Source: Candidatus Daviesbacteria bacterium (lineage in GTDB: Bacteria; Patescibacteriota; Microgenomatia; Daviesbacterales; UBA10151). Taken from it: a stretch of 64,000 nucleotides of DNA. The stretch's first letter is position 1. The number at the start of each line of letters is the position of its first letter. The notes below the pieces were generated by a model that saw only the letters and a program-made list of their open reading frames with translations, searched no databases and was not told the DNA's origin. Both the position numbers and the translations under genes were made by a program. Positions 17,607 through 27,526 of this stretch are shown here, piece by piece. The stretch covers positions 212,368 to 276,367 of the forward strand of contig CP066688.1 in NCBI GenBank assembly GCA_016432425.1. Reading direction: 5' to 3'.

Positions 17607-19016
17607 TTATAAAATTGACAATGCCTTTTGCAATCTTGCGACACTTTCCTGATCTCCCAGAATTTGCATTGATTCAAAAAGCGGCGGGCTGACTGTTTGG
17701 CCGGAAATCCCTACTCTAAGTAGTTGAAAAGTTTCGGTCACAGACAAACCTTCTTCTTCGGCAAATTTTCTAAAAGCTTCTTCAAAAACCTCCTTTTGCC
17801 AGGGGCGAGGAAGTTTTTCCATCACCTCGACAATTTTTTCCATAATTTGCCTTAAATTTTCTTTTTTGTAAATCCCTTGGAAAACTGATTTTTCATATTC
17901 CGGCTCAGTAAATAAAAAGTTGGTTAAGGGCACAAAATCAGATAATTTTTTGATGCGGTCTTTAATCAAAGGAACTACTTCAGCAATTTTCTCCCTAATT
18001 GGATGGTCCGGTAAAAATTCCTGTAACCTTTGGGTTAACTCTTCATCAGACATGGACCGGATATATTGCCCATTAATCCAATCCAGTTTTTGTTGGTTCC
18101 AAGCTGCTGCTCCCACATTCATGTTTTTAATTTCAAATAATTGAATTAGTTCTTCTTTTGATAAAATCTCCCTGTCTCCTGGCGGGGTCCAACCCAATAA
18201 GGCTAAATAATTGATGATTGCCTCTGGTAAAAAACCGTCTGCCCGATAATCTGACAGTGCGGTAGAGCCAGTTCTTTTAGACAGTTTGCCACTGCGATCC
18301 TGATTTAAAATCATCGGATAATGACCATATTGCGGGGGAGGCGTATTAAAAGCCTCAAACAGTAAAATTTGTCTAGGGGTATTAGAAATATGATCATCTC
18401 CCCGCAAAACATGAGTAATTTTCATATCCAAATCATCTACCACCACTACAAAGTTATAAAGAGGAATACCATTTTTGCGCATTATGACCATATCGCCCAG
18501 CAACTGAGAATCAAATTCTATTTCTCCATGTATTAAATCGCTAAATTTTACTTTACCCCGCTCTACTGGCAACTTAAAACGGATTACAAAATCTACTCCG
18601 GAAGATAATTTTTGTTCAATTTCTTCTTTTGGCAAATTGCGACATTTACCGGAATAAATTTGAGACTGATCTGCAGCAGCTTGTTTTTTTCTTTCTTCCT
18701 CCAGCTCTCTCATAGAGCAAAAACAATAATAAGCTTTATTCTCTTTAATTAACTCTTCTGCTTTCTCTTTATATAAGCTCAACCGCTCCATCTGGTAGAA
18801 GGGACCACCGTCCCACTTTAGTCCCAACCACACCAGTCCATCAATAATATTTTCGGCAAATTCTTTAGTGGAACGCTCCGTGTCAGTATCTTCAATCCGC
18901 AAAATAAAAGTGCCTTGATTTTTTTTGGCAAAAAGATAAGGCCAAAGGGCGGCATAAGCAGTCCCCAAATGTAACTTTCCAGTCGGAGAAGGCGCCATTC
19001 TGGTTCGTATTTCCAT
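17607..19016 (-). CDS. gltX: Glutamate--tRNA ligase
   Basis: 469 aa. HIGH-type motif (PSPTGKLHLGTA) and KMSKS-type motif (KLSKR). Confidence 0.9.
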   Translation of the reverse strand: MEIRTRMAPSPTGKLHLGTAYAALWPYLFAKKNQGTFILRIEDTDTERSTKEFAENIIDGLVWLGLKWDGGPFYQMERLSLYKEKAEELIKENKAYYCFCSMRELEEERKKQAAADQSQIYSGKCRNLPKEEIEQKLSSGVDFVIRFKLPVERGKVKFSDLIHGEIEFDSQLLGDMVIMRKNGIPLYNFVVVVDDLDMKITHVLRGDDHISNTPRQILLFEAFNTPPPQYGHYPMILNQDRSGKLSKRTGSTALSDYRADGFLPEAIINYLALLGWTPPGDREILSKEELIQLFEIKNMNVGAAAWNQQKLDWINGQYIRSMSDEELTQRLQEFLPDHPIREKIAEVVPLIKDRIKKLSDFVPLTNFLFTEPEYEKSVFQGIYKKENLRQIMEKIVEVMEKLPRPWQKEVFEEAFRKFAEEEGLSVTETFQLLRVGISGQTVSPPLFESMQILGDQESVARLQKALSIL

Positions 19017-19062
19017 ACGACATAATTATATCAATTACCGCCTATCATTGTATAATTAACTT

Positions 19063-20085
19063 ATGACATTAACCCAAGCTGCTTCTTTAACCAGAAAGTT
19101 AATTCTTCTGTTAATAATTTTTTTAATTTTGGGCACTACTGGTTTAGTGGGGTACAAAATCTGGTTATCAGTCAATAATAAAACTGGAAGTGCAGAAATG
19201 ATCCCCGACACCAAATTTGGGATTCTTCCCCCTTTGAATTTACCCAGCAGTATTACTTCATCTGCCACTGTTTCATATCAACTAAATATGGGTTCATCTG
19301 GTCTGCCCACCTTTAACAAGGTAGCTAAAGTTTATTTTATCCCCCAACCTACTGCCATCTTAACTAATGAAAAAATTGCTGATTTGGCTCAAAAGCTTAA
19401 TTTTAATACCGAGTCACAAATTCAAAACAACCAATATATTTTTACAGAAGATTCTAAAAAATTAACTATCGATAGCAATTTAGGTAGTTTGTTGTACCAA
19501 AAAGAAGCCAGTACTTCTGCTAAAAGTCCAGTGGTAGACAGTGACACGAAACTCTCAGAAGATGCAAAAGATTTTTTAAATAATTTAGGTTTGTTAAACG
19601 AAGATTTTAAAAAGGGCCGGACTAAAATAACTTATTTAAATTTTAATGGTAATAATGTAGAAACTACCGCTGTCTCCAATGCCAATGGAGCCGAGATTTC
19701 TCTCTGGAGGCAAGATATTGACAATTTACCAATTATAACAGAGGGCTTTAAACAGTCTTTGTTTTTTGTTAGAGTTACTAAATCTGCCCGGGACTTGGAT
19801 AATTATCTAACTATTAATTATCTTTATTATCCCATCGATAAAACTACTTTTTCTATCTATCCTTTAAAAACTGCCAATGAGGCTTACGCTGCTCTACAAG
19901 GCGGCCAGGGAGTAATTTTACTGCCCAATAATAAATCTTCAGTCACTCTTACTTCTGCATATTTAGCTTATTTCCAATCCAGTATCTATAGTCCTTATTT
20001 GCAACCGGTTTATATTTTTGAGGGAGAAAATTTTGTGGCCATGATCCCAGCAGTCATTAATCAGTATCTTAGTCAACCCAAGTGA
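19063..20085 (+). CDS. Hypothetical secreted/membrane-anchored protein (340 aa)
   Basis: N-terminal TM/signal segment. No recognised domain. Confidence 0.5.
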   Translation: MTLTQAASLTRKLILLLIIFLILGTTGLVGYKIWLSVNNKTGSAEMIPDTKFGILPPLNLPSSITSSATVSYQLNMGSSGLPTFNKVAKVYFIPQPTAILTNEKIADLAQKLNFNTESQIQNNQYIFTEDSKKLTIDSNLGSLLYQKEASTSAKSPVVDSDTKLSEDAKDFLNNLGLLNEDFKKGRTKITYLNFNGNNVETTAVSNANGAEISLWRQDIDNLPIITEGFKQSLFFVRVTKSARDLDNYLTINYLYYPIDKTTFSIYPLKTANEAYAALQGGQGVILLPNNKSSVTLTSAYLAYFQSSIYSPYLQPVYIFEGENFVAMIPAVINQYLSQPK

Positions 20086-20986
20086 AATTATTGTAGGCCC
20101 AATTAATTAATTTTGTAGTTTCAGCAAAGCGATCATTAGAACCCAAGAGTACAAATAGTACCCGATGACCATTTCTTTCCACTAAAGTGACCAAATTTTC
20201 TTTAGCCAAATCAGTGGTACCGGTTTTGATTCCCAATACCCCGCTGACAGAAGAAAGTAATTTATTTAAATTCACTAAACGATGGTCATATTTTTTATCC
20301 AAAGATAGAATATTTGTTTCTTTGGTGGCAAAAACTCTGGTTAAATTTGCTCTCTTTAAAGCTTCTTCTGAAATGATAGCCATATTAGCGGCAGAAGAAA
20401 AATGATTTTTACTGTCAAAACCAGCCGGGTTATCAAAATGGGTATTTTTTAACCCCAGATTGGCGACTTCCTGATTCATGGCCCCTACAAAAGCTGACAG
20501 CCCCCCAGGGAAATTATTAGCAATAGTATAAGCTGCATCATTACCGGAATTTAAAAGCATGCCATAAAGGAGTGACCTAAAACTTAAACTCTCACCTAAA
20601 TTTAAACCTACGCTTGATCCACTCATTAGTGAGTTTTTGGAAACTGTTAAAATATCGTTTTGCTTAAAATATTTTTCTGCCACCAAAGCCGTCATAATCT
20701 TGGTGGTAGAGGCAATGGGTAAAGATAAATTGGCATCTTTTTGCAAAAGAATTGTGCCGGTAGCCAAATCTTTAACAAGTAGGGCTTTGGCAGAAACTAA
20801 AGGTGCTGCTGCTCCGCTAGAAAGCGGGGGAATATTATATTTTTGCACTCCGGCAATTTGAGAGGAATTAGAAGGAATTTCCTTAAGACTTAAAAAATCT
20901 TGAGAAAAATCCAACCAAGTTGGCAAAAAAATAGGTATACCAATACCAATTATTAATAACAAAAAAGAAATGGCAGCAGATTTCAC
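20069..20986 (-). CDS. dacA: D-alanyl-D-alanine carboxypeptidase (peptidase S11, PBP5-like)
   Basis: SxxK (ASTTKIM), SxN (NSGND) and KTG (KTGTT) motifs. Confidence 0.8.
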   Translation of the reverse strand: MKSAAISFLLLIIGIGIPIFLPTWLDFSQDFLSLKEIPSNSSQIAGVQKYNIPPLSSGAAAPLVSAKALLVKDLATGTILLQKDANLSLPIASTTKIMTALVAEKYFKQNDILTVSKNSLMSGSSVGLNLGESLSFRSLLYGMLLNSGNDAAYTIANNFPGGLSAFVGAMNQEVANLGLKNTHFDNPAGFDSKNHFSSAANMAIISEEALKRANLTRVFATKETNILSLDKKYDHRLVNLNKLLSSVSGVLGIKTGTTDLAKENLVTLVERNGHRVLFVLLGSNDRFAETTKLINWAYNNFTWVD

Positions 20987-22309
20987 TTATGTTTTAGATA
21001 ATCTAATATCAATTCTTTCCATATCTCTTGGGAAAAGTGACGCTTCTCTAATATTGGCTAGTCCTAAAATTTGCATGGTCATCCTTTCCAGCCCAAAAGA
21101 AAATCCGCCGTGGGATGGCATCCCAAACTTAAAAGCTTGCAAATACATTTCAAAGTTTTTAGGATCCATTCCCCTCTCTTTCATTACCTCTTCTAATTTT
21201 CCTAAATCATGAATTCGCTGAGAACCGCTTAAAATCTCTACTCCTTTAAAAAGCAAGTCATAACTTAAAGAATATTCTGGGTTCTGTGGGTCAGGCATGG
21301 AATAAAAAGCTCGTTTCTTAGTAGGATAATGGGTAATAGTTACAAAGTCACTGTTTTTTTCTTCCAGGGCCCAACGGCAAATTTCTCGCTCATCTTCGGG
21401 AGATAAATCTGGTTCATTGCTTTCTCTACCAGTCCGCTCCCTAATAATTTCTTGAGCTTCCCTCATCTTTAAGCGAGGAATTTCCGGATTTATTTTTGGC
21501 TGATCTACCCCAAACTCTTCTAAAATATCCGGATAAGTTTTGACTACATACTCAACTACCGCTCTACCCACCAACTCTAAAGCATCTAATAAATCTTCGA
21601 ATTCCATAAATCCCAGCTCGCAATCCATTTGAATACTTTCTGATAAATGTCTGGTAGTAATAGATGGCTCCGACCGATATGCATGAGAAATTAAATAGAC
21701 TCTCTCAAAAGCTCCCACCGCAATTTGTTTATAAATCTGAGGACTCTGGACTAAAAACGCTTCGTGTTCATAATATTTAACTTTAAAAACTTCTGCCCCA
21801 CCTTCAGTAGAAGAATAAGAAATAGTGGGGGTAAAAATTTCTGTACAATCTAACTTTTGAGCCGCTCTCTTAAATCCTTCTACCACCATCTCTTGAACTT
21901 TAAAAATCTTTTTGATTTTGGGATGACGCAAGGTTAAGGCACGAAAATCTAGTAGTGTAGGCAGTTGTAGGTCTAAATCTTTACCACCCATATCAAAAGG
22001 CAACTCCTGGGCTTTTGATAAAATTTCCAAACTTTGAACAGCTAGCTCAATTTCTCCTGTTGGCAAATTTTTATTTATCAGATTTTCCGGTCTTTTATTT
22101 ACCATACCAGTAACACAAATTGCATCCTGGGCACCTGGGAGGTGATCTAGGTTGACACCTGGGGAGATTACTACCTGTACTGTCCCCGATCTATCTAAAA
22201 TGTCCAAAAAGATAATTTTTCCATGATCACGTCTAACTTGAACAAAACCATAAACTGTAACCGATTGTCCTACTTTCTCTGGTAAAGTATTAATTAAGTC
22301 CCTTTGCAT
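20987..22309 (-). CDS. aspS: Aspartate--tRNA ligase, archaeal/eukaryal-type (class IIb)
   Basis: QSPQIYKQ and FRSE..TTRHLSE motifs match archaeal-type AspRS. Start set at the internal MQRDL; the longest ORF extends to 22366. Confidence 0.7.
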   Translation of the reverse strand: MQRDLINTLPEKVGQSVTVYGFVQVRRDHGKIIFLDILDRSGTVQVVISPGVNLDHLPGAQDAICVTGMVNKRPENLINKNLPTGEIELAVQSLEILSKAQELPFDMGGKDLDLQLPTLLDFRALTLRHPKIKKIFKVQEMVVEGFKRAAQKLDCTEIFTPTISYSSTEGGAEVFKVKYYEHEAFLVQSPQIYKQIAVGAFERVYLISHAYRSEPSITTRHLSESIQMDCELGFMEFEDLLDALELVGRAVVEYVVKTYPDILEEFGVDQPKINPEIPRLKMREAQEIIRERTGRESNEPDLSPEDEREICRWALEEKNSDFVTITHYPTKKRAFYSMPDPQNPEYSLSYDLLFKGVEILSGSQRIHDLGKLEEVMKERGMDPKNFEMYLQAFKFGMPSHGGFSFGLERMTMQILGLANIREASLFPRDMERIDIRLSKT

Positions 22310-22392
22310 GCTTGCATCATAACGTAAAGGAGAAGCAGTTGACAAGTGCGTGAGTGCGTAGCACACTCTTAGATATGAAAGAAGTAGAAAGC

Positions 22393-24003
22393 TTAAAGGT
22401 TAGCTTTAATATCCCTGACTTTTAGTTGGATTTTTTCGAAACCGTTGTAAGTATCAATATCTAAAACATAGGCTAAATCTACTAATCCTCCATTTTGCAA
22501 AATCCCTAATAAGTTTCCCTTATCAAAGGCAATGAAGTGAATTTTCCTTCCTTCGGAAGGAAAATCTATAATTATATTTCCTTTTAGATGTTTGCCATTG
22601 CCGACTGTTCGCAAATCCGACAATCTCATATTTTTAGTTGCCAAAATTGGTTTTTGGTTACCTACTCCAAAAGGCTCAAAGTCAGCTAATTTTTTTAATA
22701 ATGATAAATTTATTTTGCTACTTTCCAGCAATGCCTCTATTTCTAAAGTAGGTTCCTCTGAAACCCTCTCTCCATCCATCATTTTTTCAATTCTATTTTT
22801 AAACTCCGCTAAATTTTCACTCAGTATAGTAAAACCAGCTGCTCCGGTATGTCCCCCCACTGCCACCAACAGATCACTGGAACTTCTAATTAACTCCACA
22901 ATATTTAATCCATTAGCTGATCTGGCTGATCCTTTAGAATGAACTTCTCCCTCAGAAATGATAATGGCTGGTTTTCTGGTTTCTTCAACTATTCTTCCCG
23001 CCACCAAACCAATAATCCCCGGATTCCAACTTTTAGAAGAAAGTAAATAAATATTTTTTTCTTCTTTGATCAAAACTCGCGCTTCCTCCATTGTTTGTTG
23101 GGTTAAAACCTTCCTTTGCTCATTGGTGGCAGTGACTAAATCAACTAATTTGGCTGCTTTGTTAGGATCTTTGGTGCAAAGTAAACGCAGGGAATCAATG
23201 GCGTGCTCCAGCCGACCCATGGCATTTAGCTGAGGAGCGATCAAGTGGCCGATTTCATAGGCGCCGATTTGGCCCAAAGTTAATTTGCAGTTATGAATTA
23301 GTGTTTTTAAACCAATTCGCTCCGTTCGATTTAGAACTTTTAAACCCTCTTTGACTAAAGCCCGGTTAACTTCCAAAAGCGGCATCATGTCTGCTACTGT
23401 GGCAATCGCTACCAAATCCAGTAACTCTTTTGCTTTTACCTCTGACAATAAACTTCTCATTAAACACCAAGTTACAGCTGCTCCACACAGCTGTACTGAA
23501 TGAACTATGGCCAAAGCTTGTGGTAATTTTTTACCTTCTTTTTGATGATGATCCGTAATAATTAAATCCAACCCCAATTTCTTACAATACTCTGCCATCT
23601 CATATGAGACGATGCCCGTATCAGTAGTAATTACCAAACCAGCTCCCGTTTCTTTGGCAAAATCTAAACCAATGGGGGAGAGACCATAGCCTTCTTTTTC
23701 CCGGTGAGGAATGTAGGGCAAGACTTTGGCACCGAGAGAAGTCAACCCTAAATATAAAACTGCTGCTCCGCAAATTCCATCAACATCATAATCCCCGTAA
23801 GCAATAATTAATTCTTCATTTTTAATTGCCTGCTCAATTCTTTTTTTAGCCTCTTTGATTCCGGGAATCTTTAAATTTTTTTCAAAATCTTTAAGTTGCG
23901 GATGAAAAAAATCTTCAATTTGTTTTTTTGTTTTGAGACTTCTATTAATTAGCAACTGCTCGATTAAATCTTTTGACTTTTGAAGTTTAATTTTCCATTG
24001 CAT
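22393..24003 (-). CDS. recJ: Single-stranded-DNA-specific exonuclease RecJ
   Basis: 536 aa. DHH motifs (YGDYDVDG, ITDHHQ) and a DHHA1 region. Confidence 0.85.
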   Translation of the reverse strand: MQWKIKLQKSKDLIEQLLINRSLKTKKQIEDFFHPQLKDFEKNLKIPGIKEAKKRIEQAIKNEELIIAYGDYDVDGICGAAVLYLGLTSLGAKVLPYIPHREKEGYGLSPIGLDFAKETGAGLVITTDTGIVSYEMAEYCKKLGLDLIITDHHQKEGKKLPQALAIVHSVQLCGAAVTWCLMRSLLSEVKAKELLDLVAIATVADMMPLLEVNRALVKEGLKVLNRTERIGLKTLIHNCKLTLGQIGAYEIGHLIAPQLNAMGRLEHAIDSLRLLCTKDPNKAAKLVDLVTATNEQRKVLTQQTMEEARVLIKEEKNIYLLSSKSWNPGIIGLVAGRIVEETRKPAIIISEGEVHSKGSARSANGLNIVELIRSSSDLLVAVGGHTGAAGFTILSENLAEFKNRIEKMMDGERVSEEPTLEIEALLESSKINLSLLKKLADFEPFGVGNQKPILATKNMRLSDLRTVGNGKHLKGNIIIDFPSEGRKIHFIAFDKGNLLGILQNGGLVDLAYVLDIDTYNGFEKIQLKVRDIKANL

Positions 24004-24075
24004 GTCTTGATAATTTTACTAAACGATAAGTAAATACGCAAAGCCGTTGCGGGCAAATAAGAACTAGCGTACAAT

Positions 24076-25428
24076 TTGACCATGTACAACTTACCAAAAG
24101 AGGTTCAAGAAATTTTAGATAAGTTTAAGACAGCCGGGTATGAAATTTATATTGTCGGCGGGGCAGTGCGTGATCTGTTAATGAAAAAAGATATCCACGA
24201 TTGGGATTTCACCACTGACGCTAAACCAGAGGAAGTTTTAAAGATTTTTCCAGAAGGATTCTACAACAATAAATTTGGTACAGTAGGAATTCCGGTAAAA
24301 AACACCTCCGAGGTAGATGTCTACGAAATTACTACCATGCGCAAAGAAGGTTTATATACTGATTTCCGCCATCCCAAAGATATTTCCTGGACTAATAAAA
24401 TTGAGGAGGATTTGAGTCGGCGTGATTTTACAGTTAATGCCATGGCCTTAGACTCGAAGGGAAATATTATTGATCCCTTTAATGGGCAAGAGGATCTCCA
24501 GAAAAAATTGATCCGGGCAGTGGGAGATCCAAACAAAAGATTCCAGGAAGATGCACTGAGGTTAATACGGGCCATAAGATTTGCTACCCAATTAAATTTT
24601 AAAATCGAAGAGGTAACAAAAAATGCGATCGCTCAAAATGTGGCTTTAATAAAAAATATTGCCTTTGAGAGAATTAAAGACGAGTTATTCAAAATTTTGG
24701 AGTTGGAAAATTCTTATCAAGGAATAATCTTGCTGAGAGAAGTCGGACTGCTGCAGCTTATTTTACTAGAGCTGGAAAAATGTTTTGGGATAATTCAGGT
24801 TGGTCCCAAACATGCCCGGGTTTATGATATTGGCGAGCATTCCCTGCTTACTTTAAAAAATACCCCCTCCCCTGACCCTCTAGTTAGGTTGGCTGCCCTT
24901 TTACATGATGTCGGCAAACCAGATACTGCTCAAACTCAAGGGGATGGCAATGTCACCTTTTATGGCCATGATGTAGTGGGGGGAAAAATAGTTTTAAAAA
25001 TTGCCAAAAGATTTAATTTAAGTAAAGCTCAAACTGAAAAACTTTACCGTTTAGTCCGCTGGCATATGTTTACGGTTTCCGAACACCAAACTGACTCTGC
25101 CATCAGAAGATTTATAAAAAATGTGGGTCTTAAAAATATAGATAATATGATGGCACTCCGTATTGGTGACAGATTGGGAGGTGGCACTCAAAGGGAAACA
25201 TCATGGAGAATGGAAAAGTTTAAGGAAAGAATTAAACAAGTTTTAATAAAACCTTTTTCTATTTCTGATTTAAAGGTTAATGGTAATGATGTAATGAAGG
25301 AGCTGGGTATCAAACCAGGCCCAAAGGTAGGTGAAATATTGCAAAAACTTTTTGAAGAGGTCTTAGAAGATGCTTCTAAAAATAACAGAGAATATCTTCT
25401 AAATAGAATTAAGCAATTTGCTCAGTGA
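24076..25428 (+). CDS. cca: CCA-adding tRNA nucleotidyltransferase with HD domain
   Basis: GGAVRD nucleotidyltransferase motif and HDVGK HD motif. Confidence 0.85.
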   Translation: MTMYNLPKEVQEILDKFKTAGYEIYIVGGAVRDLLMKKDIHDWDFTTDAKPEEVLKIFPEGFYNNKFGTVGIPVKNTSEVDVYEITTMRKEGLYTDFRHPKDISWTNKIEEDLSRRDFTVNAMALDSKGNIIDPFNGQEDLQKKLIRAVGDPNKRFQEDALRLIRAIRFATQLNFKIEEVTKNAIAQNVALIKNIAFERIKDELFKILELENSYQGIILLREVGLLQLILLELEKCFGIIQVGPKHARVYDIGEHSLLTLKNTPSPDPLVRLAALLHDVGKPDTAQTQGDGNVTFYGHDVVGGKIVLKIAKRFNLSKAQTEKLYRLVRWHMFTVSEHQTDSAIRRFIKNVGLKNIDNMMALRIGDRLGGGTQRETSWRMEKFKERIKQVLIKPFSISDLKVNGNDVMKELGIKPGPKVGEILQKLFEEVLEDASKNNREYLLNRIKQFAQ

Positions 25429-26309
25429 CCTAAACGCTCTTCCCACCAGACAAGTAAAGCTGTGGCATTAAAGATAGAAGAATAAGTTCCGGAAATTACT
25501 CCCACCAGTAAGGCTACCACAAACCAGCGAAGAGTTTCTCCTCCAAAAAGCAGCAGGGCAGTCAATACAAAAACTACCGTTAAGGAAGTGTTTAAAGATC
25601 TCCCTAGTGTTTGCACGACAGAAATATTGGCTACCTCAGAAAATTTTCGGCCAATATTTTTTAACAGATTTTCCCGAATTCTATCAAACACTACAATGGT
25701 ATCATGAACCGAAAAACCAATAATGGTTAAAAGTGCCGTCACAAATAAAGTATCTACTTCCGCATTAAAAAATTTCCCCAAGATAGCAAAAATTCCCACT
25801 ACCACCAAAACATCATGCAAAAGCGCCACTACCGCAGCAGCTCCAAACCTCCAGGAAGAAGTTGTTTTGGGAACTTTCCTAAATGAATAAGCAATATAAA
25901 CTACAATGGTTAAACTGGCAATTAATACTGATAAAATGGCTTTCTTGGTTAGTTCTTGGCCAATAACCGGACCCACGCTTTCTACTCTTTTTTCTTCAAT
26001 CGGGCCATACTTCTCGCTTAAATCATTTTTCAGCTGGTTAATCTGGTTTTGCTCTAAAGGTTTGAGTTTAATTAAGTAAGTATTGTTGTCGCTTTGGGAA
26101 ATTTGCCCCAATTCTGCTCCCTGACCAATAATACTAACTTTAAGCTGTTCTACCTCTATCGGTTTTTGGAATTGGTATTCTAAAATGACTCCCCCGGTAA
26201 AATCAATTCCCAGCTTTAGTCCATCTTTAGCTAAAAAATAAACTCCCGGCAAAATCAGCAGAAACGATAACAAAAAATAAATTAATTTATACTTTAACAA
26301 ATCCATCAT
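25422..26309 (-). CDS. secF: Protein translocase subunit SecF
   Basis: 295 aa. Six TM helices. SecF family sequence pattern. Confidence 0.85.
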   Translation of the reverse strand: MMDLLKYKLIYFLLSFLLILPGVYFLAKDGLKLGIDFTGGVILEYQFQKPIEVEQLKVSIIGQGAELGQISQSDNNTYLIKLKPLEQNQINQLKNDLSEKYGPIEEKRVESVGPVIGQELTKKAILSVLIASLTIVVYIAYSFRKVPKTTSSWRFGAAAVVALLHDVLVVVGIFAILGKFFNAEVDTLFVTALLTIIGFSVHDTIVVFDRIRENLLKNIGRKFSEVANISVVQTLGRSLNTSLTVVFVLTALLLFGGETLRWFVVALLVGVISGTYSSIFNATALLVWWEERLGH

Positions 26310-26635
26310 TTAACCTTCTTTGCTTCTTTGACTTCTTGGTGCATTTCTTTGACTAAATCATCCGCCACTTTTTTCACCCGCTCGTCAATACGATCTATTT
26401 TTTCATTTAAAAAATTGACCAATTTTTCATTTTCCGGATCTTCGTGTAGCATTTTCAAAAACAATTTTTTATCTTCCTCTGTTAAATTGGATAAAATTTC
26501 ATCTAAAATGGCATGGTGTAAGCTAGAATCTAACAGCTCGGACAAATGGGCTCTTTCTTCATCAGAAAGGTCCATTTGGTTAAGCTCTTGCAAAATGGGC
26601 TCAATAGTGATAATTTTTTGATACCAAATTTTCAT
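26306..26635 (-). CDS. Small charged hypothetical protein (109 aa), inserted between secD and secF
   Basis: Lys/Glu-rich helical protein. 4-nt overlaps with both neighbours. Confidence 0.45.
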   Translation of the reverse strand: MKIWYQKIITIEPILQELNQMDLSDEERAHLSELLDSSLHHAILDEILSNLTEEDKKLFLKMLHEDPENEKLVNFLNEKIDRIDERVKKVADDLVKEMHQEVKEAKKVK

Positions 26636-27525
26636 AAGTTTTTTGCCCTCAGCGGCCCCAAAGGAATTTTATCATCCGGATCATCAATAAAAAAGTAAAG
26701 CACCGGACCTTTTCTTGGTCCTTTGGCCAACCCCACTGCCTCCATTACTTCCGGAGAGCCACCCAAATGTTTTCCCGTCCACTGGGCAGGACCGGCATCC
26801 CCGATCACTGTCACCACAGATTGGCCGGTTTTAGGGTTTACTAAAAGCATTTTTCTAAATTTAAAAAAATCCCGATACTCCGCTACTCGTTCAGCAAAAC
26901 CAGGACTTAAAAAAGTCTGAACTGCAATATAATATCTTTCCCGCGCCTCATCCCGATCAGTAAAATCTTGTTGGGAGTGAGCAAAATAACCCCAAGCTCC
27001 CAGCCCCGGAGCTATTCCTGAAGAACCATACATGGCCCAATCTTGTGAATTTTTGGCATGAGCTTCTAAGGTATCCCCGGGATAACGATAAAGATGTTGC
27101 TCTCCTCCAATTAAGCCATAAGAGCGATTTAATTTTTTGCCTTGCAGCTGCGCTAAAACTTGAAAGTCAAAGCTGTCGGATAAAATTTTCCCTATTTGAT
27201 CTTCTTCAATAGTTGTCAGAGGCCTCACATCAGCTGGCAGCGCTTCTTTTAATCTTTTAGCTAACAGTGTATTTTGATCTTCCTGGGCCACAATAGTAGC
27301 TGAATTTAAATATTGCTGATTGTTTAATGCAGTACTGGCAGGAGTAGTCAACAGCATTAACCCGCCCAAAGAACCAATAGCCAACTGTTTCCCCGGTACA
27401 TTTTTCCCCAACCAATTTAGAGCTTGCGAATGTTTATCCCACAGCTTATTTTGCAGAGAACGGTGGCGGGCAGTCCATTTATTTTTTAAATCCTGAAACT
27501 GGGGTTTTTTGCTGGAAAATTGCAT
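26632..27525 (-). CDS. Secreted protein with a C-terminal RlpA-like double-psi beta-barrel (DPBB) domain
   Basis: LLVNPKTGQSVVTVIGDAGP...GGSPEVMEAVGL resembles the RlpA/3D-domain pattern (V.N..G.SV.V.I.D.GP...DLS..A...G). N-terminal signal/TM. Confidence 0.4.
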   Translation of the reverse strand: MQFSSKKPQFQDLKNKWTARHRSLQNKLWDKHSQALNWLGKNVPGKQLAIGSLGGLMLLTTPASTALNNQQYLNSATIVAQEDQNTLLAKRLKEALPADVRPLTTIEEDQIGKILSDSFDFQVLAQLQGKKLNRSYGLIGGEQHLYRYPGDTLEAHAKNSQDWAMYGSSGIAPGLGAWGYFAHSQQDFTDRDEARERYYIAVQTFLSPGFAERVAEYRDFFKFRKMLLVNPKTGQSVVTVIGDAGPAQWTGKHLGGSPEVMEAVGLAKGPRKGPVLYFFIDDPDDKIPLGPLRAKNL

Positions 27526-27526
27526 A

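Noticed and set aside
20987-22366. Calling the class II aaRS as AsnRS or LysRS
   Set aside because: The QSPQIYKQ / TTRHLSE motif-2 region matches archaeal-type AspRS better than AsnRS (which has SGQL...NTSRHLAEF). At ~440 aa it is too short for LysRS.
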